DNA from: Candidatus Latescibacterota bacterium
GTDB lineage: Bacteria > Latescibacterota > UBA2968
Length of the DNA stretch: 64,000 bases
Reading direction: 5' to 3'
NCBI GenBank assembly: GCA_965204375.1
Contig: OZ241986.1
Span: 1,440,001 to 1,504,000, forward strand
Part shown: positions 46,529-55,907 of the stretch, in pieces
How the letters are laid out: the number at the start of each line of letters is the position of its first letter
How positions within the stretch are numbered: position 1 is the stretch's first letter
The notes under the pieces: generated by a model
The model's database searches: none
What the model was told of the DNA's origin: nothing
Seen by the model: the letters and a program-made list of their open reading frames with translations, nothing else
Program-made: the position numbers and the translations under genes

Positions 46529-47656
46529 ATGGATCGGTTCACATATATTGCGTTGGTGCTGGCTCTCGCTACTTACTTGCCATCTCAAATACAGGGTAGA
46601 ACGATGATTGTTGCAACACAGAGTTCATCGGAAAAGTCAAAAGCTGCAGCCGATTTTGTAGGCGATGGGGTGGGCGATCAGGAGGAGATGTACGCGGCGA
46701 TTCACGTGCTTCCATCATCTGGCGGGACTGTGACGCTGATGGAGGGCACGTATGATATTCGTAAGGTGGAGGGCAAGCTCGGGGGGGTGATTATCGACCG
46801 CAGCAATGTGACGCTAATAGGGCAGGGGGCAGCCACGCGGTTGATTCTGGCGCCGGAGCAGAATACCAATGTGATCCGCATTATCGGGAATGGCGTGGGA
46901 AATATTGTGATTCGGGATCTCTGGGTAGATCAAAATCGGGATCAGAACCCGTATAACGGGGCTGAGTTTGTAAATATTTCGCATGGGCGGTTCGAGTATA
47001 ACGGCATTAAAGCATTTTGTGCAGAGCCAGGGGGATCCTGTCCCGAGCCGACGCACAATATTACGATTGAGAATTGTACAGTGCTGAACGCGCAGAGGCT
47101 GGGTATTATGCTGGATGGGCCCAATATGCGGGTGGTGAATAACCATCTGGGCAATGCCCACTCCGATGCGGTGGAGCTTCTGGAGGGGCCGGGTTTTGTG
47201 ATGGGAAATTTTGTGGAGATTACCGGGCGCACGCATGTTGCGGTAGGGTCTGATCGCGGGAATTCGATTATTATGGCGAATAATATCGTGCATGTGCGAG
47301 AGGGAGGCGATCTGGATATTGCTTTTCGATCCTGGGCAGATTCAGAGCGGCATGTAATTTCCAATAATATTGTTATGGTGGATCAGGGCGGAAAGTTGGG
47401 GCTGGCGATGGATGTGCGCGGTTTTGATACGTCTATTACGGGGAATATGATTCGGGGGAGGGGGGAGGGGAAGCGTCTGCCACTGTGGCTTACTGGCGCG
47501 GGGATGGCGGTTACTGGCAATCATTTTCAGAATGTGGAGTTGATCGTGAATGACCAGACCGGTACGAATCGCCCGATTCTGATTCAGGGTAATGTGATGG
47601 AAAATTCCGGCGTTTCGCATGAGGTGGGTAATCTGATTCGCCCGGAGGGAGATTGA
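46529..47656 (+). CDS. Secreted right-handed parallel beta-helix protein
   Basis: Signal-like N-terminus, ADFVGDGVGDQEE, GGTVTLMEGTY, repeated I..N.I/V motifs. Confidence 0.75.
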   Translation: MDRFTYIALVLALATYLPSQIQGRTMIVATQSSSEKSKAAADFVGDGVGDQEEMYAAIHVLPSSGGTVTLMEGTYDIRKVEGKLGGVIIDRSNVTLIGQGAATRLILAPEQNTNVIRIIGNGVGNIVIRDLWVDQNRDQNPYNGAEFVNISHGRFEYNGIKAFCAEPGGSCPEPTHNITIENCTVLNAQRLGIMLDGPNMRVVNNHLGNAHSDAVELLEGPGFVMGNFVEITGRTHVAVGSDRGNSIIMANNIVHVREGGDLDIAFRSWADSERHVISNNIVMVDQGGKLGLAMDVRGFDTSITGNMIRGRGEGKRLPLWLTGAGMAVTGNHFQNVELIVNDQTGTNRPILIQGNVMENSGVSHEVGNLIRPEGD

Positions 47657-47658
47657 GC

Positions 47659-48087
47659 ATGAGCGAAAATAAGCTGGCGTTCGATCATATACACATCATC
47701 AGTGAGGATCCGCGAGCTTCGGCAACGTGGTACGTCGATAAACTCGGCGCGACGATCAATGCCGATTACAAGCTTCGCGGCGCGCCGCAGATCAATGTAA
47801 GTCTGGGAGGGATGACGCTTCTGATCCGAGGAAGACGATCTGGTGAAGATCCGTCCAGGCCCGCGCCGATGCGAGATTTCGAGGATTATTCGAGCCATGA
47901 TGAATACGGTACCGATCACTTTGGTTTTACGTACCGTGGCGACTTGCGGGCGTATTGCGAAGTGTTGCGCGATAAAGGGGTAGAGTTTGTGGTTGAGCCG
48001 TGGGAATTTATATCTGGTAGCGGTGGTGTGATATGCTATATCGCCGCACCCGATGGCGTGAGTATCGAGCTTGTTCAAGCGAGGTAG
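47659..48087 (+). CDS. VOC/glyoxalase family protein
   Basis: FDHIHI, GTDHFGF, APDGVSIELVQ. Confidence 0.85.
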   Translation: MSENKLAFDHIHIISEDPRASATWYVDKLGATINADYKLRGAPQINVSLGGMTLLIRGRRSGEDPSRPAPMRDFEDYSSHDEYGTDHFGFTYRGDLRAYCEVLRDKGVEFVVEPWEFISGSGGVICYIAAPDGVSIELVQAR

Positions 48088-48215
48088 TGTTGACTGGTAG
48101 AGCGATATCGCCTATAAGAATACAATATTGTCTCAGGATGGCATCTGCATTATGTTTAGATAGGTTATGAAACTCCATATTGATTATGTGTGTCGAATAA
48201 AAAAGGAGATTCGAT

Positions 48216-49112
48216 ATGTCAGAACAGGATTATCGCGTTGCACCGCCGGGGTTTACGCAGGATCAGTGGGAGGAATTTCAAAAGGATGGCATGCTCGTTG
48301 TGGAAGACGCGTTGACAGACGAGGAATGCGATCGCTATATCGAGATGATGGATGCCGCGGCTGCCCGCAGTGAAAAATACGATTCTGCGAAGTTTTTTGG
48401 TCCAAACAATATCGTGGAGCGGTATCCCGAATTTGCCGAGTTGATCGATCACCCCCGGCACATCGGCTTTATGCACGATGTGTATGGCGAATTGTTAAAA
48501 CTCCATATTTCTCAATTTTTCTTACGTCCTCGTGATACCAGTCGCAACAAATGGCATCCCGATGGCGCGCGCGCTTTGCCCTATGGCGTTTTTTCACCGG
48601 TTTTGCCCATACAAATCAAAGTGGCGTATTGGCTGACCGATCTTCCCGAGTCGGATATGGGAAATTTTGTCTATATGCCCGGCAGCCACAAGGGGCAGTA
48701 TTTTGATTTTTACGATACTCATGAAGAAGTTCCCGGCGAAAAGGTAGTTTGCCCGAAGCGCGGCACAATGACGTTTATGCATTGCAATACATGGCATCGC
48801 GTAGCGCCGAATAATACGGATGTTGTGAGAAAGAACATCTTTTTGGCTTATTGTCCGTCGTGGGTTTGCGAAGCAGATCGGCACCAATGTGATCCCGATT
48901 GGCTCGCTACACTGAACCGCGAACAGCGCATTATTATGCGAAGTTACAATAGCGGATATGCCAGGACCAAGCCCGCGGCCAGTGAATTTCCGCTCTTTCT
49001 GGATCGGGAAACGGGTTTTGATCGAGACTATGGTGTTTGGCCCGATCACGTCGCGTTGCATCGGCGCAAACGCATGACCACAGTTGAAAAATTTGAGTTG
49101 GCATCTACTTGA
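48216..49112 (+). CDS. PhyH-family Fe(II)/2-oxoglutarate dioxygenase
   Basis: F.KDG, WHPD (HxD), YMPGSH, WHRV.PN...R. Confidence 0.85.
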   Translation: MSEQDYRVAPPGFTQDQWEEFQKDGMLVVEDALTDEECDRYIEMMDAAAARSEKYDSAKFFGPNNIVERYPEFAELIDHPRHIGFMHDVYGELLKLHISQFFLRPRDTSRNKWHPDGARALPYGVFSPVLPIQIKVAYWLTDLPESDMGNFVYMPGSHKGQYFDFYDTHEEVPGEKVVCPKRGTMTFMHCNTWHRVAPNNTDVVRKNIFLAYCPSWVCEADRHQCDPDWLATLNREQRIIMRSYNSGYARTKPAASEFPLFLDRETGFDRDYGVWPDHVALHRRKRMTTVEKFELAST

Positions 49113-49126
49113 TGCAGGAGGCTGTT

Positions 49127-50071
49127 GTGAAGGTATTGATTAATGATCGCCTGGACGATCATCACCAGGTTCAGATTCAATCGTCGGCTGAGGATATCGA
49201 TCTGATTATCCCCGAGTCAAGTGATGATGCGCTGGATATTATGCCCGAAATTGACATCATTTTTGGGGGCATGAGCCGCGATATGTTCAAACGAGCCGAA
49301 CGCCTGAAGTGGGTGCAGACCTGGGGGGCAGGCGTCGATGGAATGATGTATGCCGAGTTTGTCCATAGTGAGGTGATTTTGACGAGTGCAAAGGGCACTG
49401 TGGGCGTTCATTTGTCGGAACACGCGATGGCTCTTTTACTCGGATTGACGCGGGGGATTGCGCGCGCGGTCAGAACGGAGGATTGGAATGAGCGTATGCC
49501 CATTCGCCACGCATCGTGGGAATTGATCGATAAAACAATGGGGATTGTGGGGTTGGGCGGCACGGGATGCGATGTGGCAATCCGGGCACATGCGTTTGGC
49601 ATGAAAATTATAGCTGTTGATCCAGAAGACGTCGAGGTGCCAGACTGTGTAGAGGCCTGCTGGAATATGGATCGTTTTTACGATCTTTTATCGGCGTCTG
49701 ACATCGTGGTAGTCTGCTGCCCCTTGACAGAGGAAACACGCGGGATCTTCGATCACCTGGCATTTGAAAAAATGCAGAATCACGCGCTTCTGGTTAATGT
49801 CACGCGGGGTAAAATTATGGATGAAGCATCCCTGGTTGAGGCATTGAAAACCGGGCAGATTGCCGGGGCGGGGTTAGATGTGACGCCACAAGAGCCATTG
49901 CCGGACGATCATCCGTTGTGGAATATGCCCAATGTTATTATCACACCGCATACTGCGGGGGGATCTCCCAATAGGCAGGACCGCATTGTGAATCTGTTCT
50001 GCGAAAACTTGCGGCGTTTTATGAATGGGGAAGATATGCTGAGTGTGATCGATAAAAATAAGGGGTATTGA
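49127..50071 (+). CDS. D-2-hydroxyacid dehydrogenase
   Basis: GAGVD, GIVGLGGTG, PLTEET, NVTRG, AGLDV...EPLP, TPHTAG. GTG start after AGGAGG (alternative ATG at 49112). Confidence 0.9.
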   Translation: MKVLINDRLDDHHQVQIQSSAEDIDLIIPESSDDALDIMPEIDIIFGGMSRDMFKRAERLKWVQTWGAGVDGMMYAEFVHSEVILTSAKGTVGVHLSEHAMALLLGLTRGIARAVRTEDWNERMPIRHASWELIDKTMGIVGLGGTGCDVAIRAHAFGMKIIAVDPEDVEVPDCVEACWNMDRFYDLLSASDIVVVCCPLTEETRGIFDHLAFEKMQNHALLVNVTRGKIMDEASLVEALKTGQIAGAGLDVTPQEPLPDDHPLWNMPNVIITPHTAGGSPNRQDRIVNLFCENLRRFMNGEDMLSVIDKNKGY

Positions 50072-50083
50072 ATACGTTTTCTC

Positions 50084-50153
50084 TTGACACAATGTTATAA
50101 ATATATTGATATTTACAACGAAGCATGTACTGAGGTGTATTACTCAGTATAAT
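50084..50153 (+). promoter_or_regulatory. AT-rich promoter region with two palindromes
   Basis: TTGACA at 50084, GTTATAAATAT-N4-ATATTTACAAC (50094-50119), TACTGAG-N8-CTCAGTA (50128-50149), TATAAT at 50148. Confidence 0.5.
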
Positions 50154-50170
50154 TCTAAACATTATATTTA

Positions 50171-50266
50171 ATGGTCTCGGGCAAGGGTGACCCGAGGTCA
50201 TGTGCCCTTCTCCTAAGTAGGAATCCCTGTGTTGGGGTCACCGAATCGGGGGAAGGGCGTTTTTTT
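50171..50266 (+). promoter_or_regulatory. Structured 5' leader / attenuator candidate
   Basis: 11-bp hairpin 50171-50201, terminator-like stem 50203-50213/50249-50259 plus T7, alternative helix GGTGACCC/GGGTCACC. Confidence 0.45.
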
Positions 50267-50331
50267 GTGTGGCAGTGCCCTTATTCGGCGTTTATATTAG
50301 GCGGTCAGAAAGGTAAGAAGGAGGTTTTTGA

Positions 50332-52278
50332 GTGGCTTTAGCAAGAGAAGCTGTTGTTCCTGAATCTGCCAGACCCGCCGTGACGTTCCGCGCACTCGTT
50401 TTGGGTACTTTTCTCACAGTGATGGCGACGAATGCCGGATCTTATGCGAGATTTATTCTTCACACTACGAGGTTGGACCAAAACCATCTTTCTGTCGCTG
50501 CTGTTTTTCCCATTGTTGTGATCGCGCTCGTGCTTTTGCGCCCGCTCAAGCTGAGTCGGGGCGAGCTTATTGTAATGTTTACTATGGCATTGATTGGCGC
50601 GACTATGCCCACGTATTTTGTCGGGAAATTGATCGCCAATTTTACGGTGCCATACTATCTGGCAACGCCCGAGAATCAGTGGGCCACCTATTACGAACCC
50701 TATTTGCCAGAGTGGTCTATCCTGCCCGCGGGCGAACCCCTGCGATGGTTTTTCGAAGGGCTGCCGCGCGGGGTTTCCGTGCCGTGGGATGCGTGGATTG
50801 TGCCCGTGTTCTGGTGGATGACTGTGATTGTGGCTTTTTATGGTTGCTGCCTTTTTCTGATGGTCATTCTGCGAAAGCAGTGGATAGAGCACGAGCGCAT
50901 TGACTACCCGCTGATGGAAATGCCTTTAGCCGTGATGGAGGAGGACAAACGAAGGGGCTTTTTCCCAATTCCCATTATGAATAACCCATTGTTCTGGGCG
51001 GGTTTCAGTCTTACGTTGTGTATTATCCTGTGGAATGTCATTTCCTATTTTAGTCCGACCTTTCCGACGATTCCATGGCGCTTTGCGAGTATTCAGTTTG
51101 GGCGCGAATTTCCCCCCATTCCCGTGCGGCTATATCTGATGGTTGTGGGATTTGGATATTTTATCAATCTGGATATTTCGCTGAGCCTGTGGGTGTTCAA
51201 TGTGCTGACCAATCTGGAAAATGGCTTTTTTAACCGCTTTGGGCTAAAAGCCGGTACAGATGAAGAGTATTCCACAGGACCGCTGGCGATGGGCGCGCAA
51301 TCCATGGGGGCATTTATTGTGGTGGTGCTCGTAGGCTTCTGGATGGCACGCGGGCACTTGCACGGGGTTTTTCGCAAGGCATTTTATCGCGATGATTCGG
51401 TTGATGATTCCGATGAGATCGTTTCTTATCGCACGGCGGTTTTTGGCATTATAGCCTGTTCTGCCTATCTGGTCGTCTGGCATTTGGCAACGGGCATGGC
51501 GTTTAAGTATATCCCGATTTTTCTTTTTGGTGCTCTGGTCATGTATCTGGGGATTACGCGGGTTATCGCAGAGACCGGTCTGATTTCTATTCGCGCTCCT
51601 CTGATGCCTCAACCTTTTGCCATGTTTGTGATGGGTTCAGATGTGCTTTCGCAGCAGACGCAGGTTTCTATCGCGCTTTCGTATTCATGGTGCAGCGATA
51701 CCAAAACCACGATTATGCCCGCGCTTGCACATTCTGTAAAGCTTTACGATACTGTTCGAGTCAATCAGCGGCGGTTGATCATACCCATTATTTTGGCGAT
51801 GGTCGCAGGGGTGGTGGCTACATTTATCTATACGATTTATATGGGCTATTTGAATGGTGCTGCAAATTACGGCGGTATTTTTCACGGGGGTCTCGCGCGG
51901 TTTCCCTGGGATAATCTGGTTAAGAAGTCGAAAGATCCCTTTTCGGTGCAGTGGTTGCCCATTATGTATATGGGTATTGGCGCTGCGGTGACGCTGCTTT
52001 TTATGATTTTGCGCTATCGAGTCGCGTGGTGGCCGCTACATCCGATTGGATTTGCGGCTGGACCGGTTTATCCGGTGAACAATGTCATTTTTGCAATTTT
52101 TCTCGCCTGGGCGATCAAGTCTATTGTTTTGCGGATTGGTGGCATTCGCGCCTATCGCGCGGGGCGGCCGTTTTTTATCGGGCTTATTATGGGGCATTTT
52201 GTCGGGGCTGGCATTTCATTTGTCGTCGATATGATCTGGTTTCCGGGGCAGGGGCATAGTATTCCGTTTTCGGATTAG
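50332..52278 (+). CDS. DUF6785/DUF6784-like polytopic membrane protein (putative transporter)
   Basis: LSRGELI, PYY.ATPENQW, FFEGLP...VPWDAW, LRKQWIEHERIDYPL, WWPLHPIGF, PFFIGLIMG. AGGAGG RBS. Confidence 0.7.
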   Translation: MALAREAVVPESARPAVTFRALVLGTFLTVMATNAGSYARFILHTTRLDQNHLSVAAVFPIVVIALVLLRPLKLSRGELIVMFTMALIGATMPTYFVGKLIANFTVPYYLATPENQWATYYEPYLPEWSILPAGEPLRWFFEGLPRGVSVPWDAWIVPVFWWMTVIVAFYGCCLFLMVILRKQWIEHERIDYPLMEMPLAVMEEDKRRGFFPIPIMNNPLFWAGFSLTLCIILWNVISYFSPTFPTIPWRFASIQFGREFPPIPVRLYLMVVGFGYFINLDISLSLWVFNVLTNLENGFFNRFGLKAGTDEEYSTGPLAMGAQSMGAFIVVVLVGFWMARGHLHGVFRKAFYRDDSVDDSDEIVSYRTAVFGIIACSAYLVVWHLATGMAFKYIPIFLFGALVMYLGITRVIAETGLISIRAPLMPQPFAMFVMGSDVLSQQTQVSIALSYSWCSDTKTTIMPALAHSVKLYDTVRVNQRRLIIPIILAMVAGVVATFIYTIYMGYLNGAANYGGIFHGGLARFPWDNLVKKSKDPFSVQWLPIMYMGIGAAVTLLFMILRYRVAWWPLHPIGFAAGPVYPVNNVIFAIFLAWAIKSIVLRIGGIRAYRAGRPFFIGLIMGHFVGAGISFVVDMIWFPGQGHSIPFSD

Positions 52279-52306
52279 GAGTATCCATTTTACAGGAGAT
52301 GTTGGA

Positions 52307-53398
52307 ATGAAAATTACGGGTATTGAACTCGACGCCGTGCATGTCAATCACCGCGGGGATTGGGTGTTTGTACATGTGCTTACAGATGAGGGCATCCAGG
52401 GTATAGGGGAGATGCGCTCGGGCAACAATTATGCGGCACAACTGGCGGCTTTGCGCGATTTGGGCGAAGCGGCCAAAGGGTGCGATCCGAGAAAAATTGA
52501 AGCTCTTGTGTCGCGCTATACAAGTACTGAACGCACAAAGGTGGAATTGTTCGCCTTGAGTGCGTTTGAACAAGCGCTATGGGATATTTTGGGCAAATCG
52601 CTCAATGCACCTGTTCACGCGCTTTTGGGAGGGGCGTGTCGAGATGAGATCCGGCTGTATGCGAATATCAATCGGGCGACGACAGACCGATCTCCCGAGG
52701 GGTTTGCTAAAAATGCAGCTGCTGCAGTGGCCGAGGGGTTTGATGCGGTCAAACTGGACCCTTTTGACGGGGTACGCGGTGCCGACAATGCCGGAGACGC
52801 TGCAAGGGGCATTGCGTGTATGCGGGCGGTCCGCGATATCATAGGTCCAGAGGTCGATTTGCTCGTGGATTGTCACAGCAAGTTCACGGTTCGCGGCGCA
52901 ATTGAGGTTGCGGAGGAGGTGCGCGATCTCAATCTTTTCTGGTTTGAGCAACCCACATCAGAATCGAGTCTCGACAATTGTCTCGCCGTAAAAGAAGGAT
53001 GTGGGTTGACCATTGCGGGAGGCGAGCAGCGGGGCTTGCGGCGAGATTGGGTCGAGGTGGTGGAGAATCTCAGCATGCATATTCCCATGCCCGATGTGAC
53101 GGTTGTGGGCGGGATTGGTGAGTTAAAAAAAATAGGGGATATGCTCCACGCCTGGGGGTTGCCCACGGCGCCACACGGTCCCTTTGGTCCTGTTGTGATC
53201 GCGGCAGGTGTGCATGCGATGGCTTCTTTGCCGGGGTTTCTCATTCTGGAATACGGATGGGGAGAGATTCCCTGGCGAAAGGATTTGACCATTCCCGGCG
53301 AGGAGATTGTGAATGGCCGCATTCGCATCAATGATCGGCCGGGTCTCGGCGTTGAATTAAATCCCGATATGGTAGAGAAGCACAGAGTTCAGGTGTGA
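52307..53398 (+). CDS. Mandelate racemase family, galactonate-dehydratase-like
   Basis: TDEGIQGIGE, EQALWDILGK...LLGG, KLDPF, VDCH, WFEQP, GGE, APH, PGLGVELN. Confidence 0.88.
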   Translation: MKITGIELDAVHVNHRGDWVFVHVLTDEGIQGIGEMRSGNNYAAQLAALRDLGEAAKGCDPRKIEALVSRYTSTERTKVELFALSAFEQALWDILGKSLNAPVHALLGGACRDEIRLYANINRATTDRSPEGFAKNAAAAVAEGFDAVKLDPFDGVRGADNAGDAARGIACMRAVRDIIGPEVDLLVDCHSKFTVRGAIEVAEEVRDLNLFWFEQPTSESSLDNCLAVKEGCGLTIAGGEQRGLRRDWVEVVENLSMHIPMPDVTVVGGIGELKKIGDMLHAWGLPTAPHGPFGPVVIAAGVHAMASLPGFLILEYGWGEIPWRKDLTIPGEEIVNGRIRINDRPGLGVELNPDMVEKHRVQV

Positions 53399-53424
53399 TG
53401 TCTCATAAAACAAAGGAGTATTCG

Positions 53425-54282
53425 ATGTTTAAAAGTCTCAATGCGGGTGCTATTGGCGTAAGAGGAAGCGTTGATGAGTTGATCGGCTATGCAAAACGCG
53501 CTGGATTTCAGGGGGTTGATCCCAATATTCAGGAGATTGCTTCTCTGGTCAATGCACATGGTGCAGAGCATGTGAAGGGGTTGTTTGCCGATGCAGGTTT
53601 GAGAATAGGGGCGTGGGGTTTGTCTGTAAATTGGCGAGGCGATGAAGCCGAGTACAAAGCTGGCTTATCAAAACTGGCAGAGTTTGCCGCTGCTGGTGCT
53701 GCCGTGGGGGCTACGCGGGTTGCTCAATGGGTGCCTTCTGCTTCTGAAGACCTCAAATTTGGCGATAATTTCAGGTGGCATATTGATCGCTTTAAGCCGA
53801 TTGCCGAAATTCTGGGTGAGCAGGGATGCAGCCTGGGGCTGGAGTTTATTGGGCCGCGCACTCTGCGGATGGATAAATCTTATGGGTTTATTCATTCGAT
53901 GGATGGCATGCTCGCACTTGGTCATGCGATTGGCACCGGCAATGTGGGGTTGCTTCTCGATTGCTGGCACTGGTACACGGGGTTGGGGACTATATCAGAT
54001 CTGATGGGGTTGACCGCTGACGATGTGGTGCATGTCCACGTCAATGATGCGCCTGACGGTGTTTATGTAGGCGATCAGATTGACAACAAACGCGCCTTGC
54101 CGGGTGAGACGGGTGTGATTGATCTGGTTGGCTTTCTGAGCGCGTTGCAAAAAATTGGCTACGACGGCCCGGTGTCGCCCGAGCCTTTTAGCCAGTCGGT
54201 ACGAGAAATGGCGGCACAAGATGCCGTGCAAACGACACACGACGCGCTGGATAAGAGTTGGCAAGCCGCTCAGTTATCCTGA
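53425..54282 (+). CDS. Sugar phosphate isomerase/epimerase (xylose isomerase-like TIM barrel)
   Basis: LGLEFIG, LLDCWHW, VHVHVND, R.LPG..GVIDL, GYDGPVSPE. Confidence 0.85.
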   Translation: MFKSLNAGAIGVRGSVDELIGYAKRAGFQGVDPNIQEIASLVNAHGAEHVKGLFADAGLRIGAWGLSVNWRGDEAEYKAGLSKLAEFAAAGAAVGATRVAQWVPSASEDLKFGDNFRWHIDRFKPIAEILGEQGCSLGLEFIGPRTLRMDKSYGFIHSMDGMLALGHAIGTGNVGLLLDCWHWYTGLGTISDLMGLTADDVVHVHVNDAPDGVYVGDQIDNKRALPGETGVIDLVGFLSALQKIGYDGPVSPEPFSQSVREMAAQDAVQTTHDALDKSWQAAQLS

Positions 54283-54293
54283 GGAGAATTGCG

Positions 54294-54848
54294 ATGGAGG
54301 CTTTTGTCGAGAATTATATCGCGCAGAATTTGACCTTGCTCAAGTCGCTGGATGCCGGGACGATAGCCCGTATTATTGCCGAGTTTGGCAAGGCGAGAGA
54401 TACGCGCAAGAGAATTTACGCCATCGGCAATGGGGGTAGCGCGAGTACGGCATCGCATTTTGTGAACGATATGGGCAAGGGTGCTTCAATTGGGCGCGAA
54501 ACGCGATTTAAGACGATTCCACTGACAGATAATGTGGAGTGGATGACGGCGTTGAGCAATGATTTGTGTTACGAAGATGTGTATGTCGAGCAATTGAAAA
54601 ATTTTGCGGAACCCGGCGATGTTTTGCTGGCAATAAGCGGCAGTGGAAATTCCGAAAATGTGTTGCGGGCGGTGCGGTATGCCAATGAGGTGGGTTGTGT
54701 TACTATTGGGTTTACGGGATTTGAGGGGGGAAAGCTTAGAGAACTCGTTCAACATTGTGTGGTGATTCCCTCTGACCACATGGGGCGCATTGAAGATATG
54801 CATCTTATTTTGCAACACATGATTTGTTATTATTTTATGGAACAGTGA
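54294..54848 (+). CDS. SIS domain protein, GmhA-like sugar phosphate isomerase
   Basis: GNGGSASTASH, TALSND, ISGSGNSEN, IEDMH...H. Confidence 0.85.
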   Translation: MEAFVENYIAQNLTLLKSLDAGTIARIIAEFGKARDTRKRIYAIGNGGSASTASHFVNDMGKGASIGRETRFKTIPLTDNVEWMTALSNDLCYEDVYVEQLKNFAEPGDVLLAISGSGNSENVLRAVRYANEVGCVTIGFTGFEGGKLRELVQHCVVIPSDHMGRIEDMHLILQHMICYYFMEQ

Positions 54849-54857
54849 GCATCAGGC

Positions 54858-55907
54858 ATGGTTCGACTGTATGGGTGTCTGTTAATTCTCGTGTTCGGCT
54901 TTGGATCCGAGATCGGGTATCTCTATCAGCTGGCCAAAGGCCAGGCTGCGCTTCTGTGGAAAGCAGAACCTATTGACAAGGTGCTGAAAACGGGAACGCT
55001 CTCGCCCGATCAGCGCGCAAAATTGGAACTCGTACAGGCTATTCGCGCATTTGCCCAACGCGAAATCGGTCTGAATACCTCTAAAAATTACACTACGTAT
55101 GTCGATATTGGGCGCGGGCCGGTGTCGTGGAATCTCGTTGTTTGTCCCCAAGATCGCCTTGAGCCACTCGAATGGTCTTACCCTGTTGTGGGGGCGGTTC
55201 CCTACCGGGGATATTTTGATCGTGCAAAAGCCGAGAAAGCGCGCGATCAATATGTGGCTGATGGGTATGACACTTATTTGCGACCAGTGGGCGCATATAG
55301 CACGCTGGGATGGTTTTCCGATCCGGTATTGAGCTCTATGTTGCGCTATTCCGAAGGCAACCTGGCCGATCTCATCATTCACGAGTTGACGCATGCAACT
55401 GTGTGGATTGAAGGGGATGTTACCTTTAATGAGAGTCTGGCGAGTTTTGTCGGAGAAACCGGGGCACTGATGTGGTTGCAGCGCAAATACGGTACAGATT
55501 CCGAAGCGGTGCGTCGGGTGCTTGACGAGCGTGCAGATGGTGTTGTTTTTCGAAAATTTATGCGCGATATTACCTCTCGCCTCAATTCGCTTTATCAGTC
55601 CGATTCTCCCCATAAGATAACGCAACGCCAGCAGATTTTTGATTCCGCACGCACAGAATTTCACACTCTCCCTCTTAAGACTGATCTATATGCCCGATTT
55701 CCTTCGTGGGAACTCAACAACGCGCGGATGGCTCTTTACCGGGTTTATCGAGAGCGCACGGATGTGTTTGCGCGCGTGTATCAGGCGTGTGATAATGATT
55801 TGAAAGCTACGGTTGAGGTTTTGCGAAGGTGTGCGAGTGTGGAGAATCCCACAGCGTGGCTGGAGGAATGGCTGGAGCGGGAATTAAAAATTAGGGGGTC
55901 GCTATGA
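54858..55907 (+). CDS. Putative zinc aminopeptidase (DUF2265-like)
   Basis: YLYQLAKGQ, VPYRGYF, AYSTLGWFSDP, IHELTH, FNESLASFV. Confidence 0.8.
   Translation: MVRLYGCLLILVFGFGSEIGYLYQLAKGQAALLWKAEPIDKVLKTGTLSPDQRAKLELVQAIRAFAQREIGLNTSKNYTTYVDIGRGPVSWNLVVCPQDRLEPLEWSYPVVGAVPYRGYFDRAKAEKARDQYVADGYDTYLRPVGAYSTLGWFSDPVLSSMLRYSEGNLADLIIHELTHATVWIEGDVTFNESLASFVGETGALMWLQRKYGTDSEAVRRVLDERADGVVFRKFMRDITSRLNSLYQSDSPHKITQRQQIFDSARTEFHTLPLKTDLYARFPSWELNNARMALYRVYRERTDVFARVYQACDNDLKATVEVLRRCASVENPTAWLEEWLERELKIRGSL

Noticed and set aside
50205-50245. Resemblance of CCTAAG...GGGGTCACCGAA to the 3' part of a c-di-GMP-I riboswitch
   Set aside because: The GGCAAA(C), GNRA tetraloop and GCAAAG core elements are missing; kept only as an unassigned leader.
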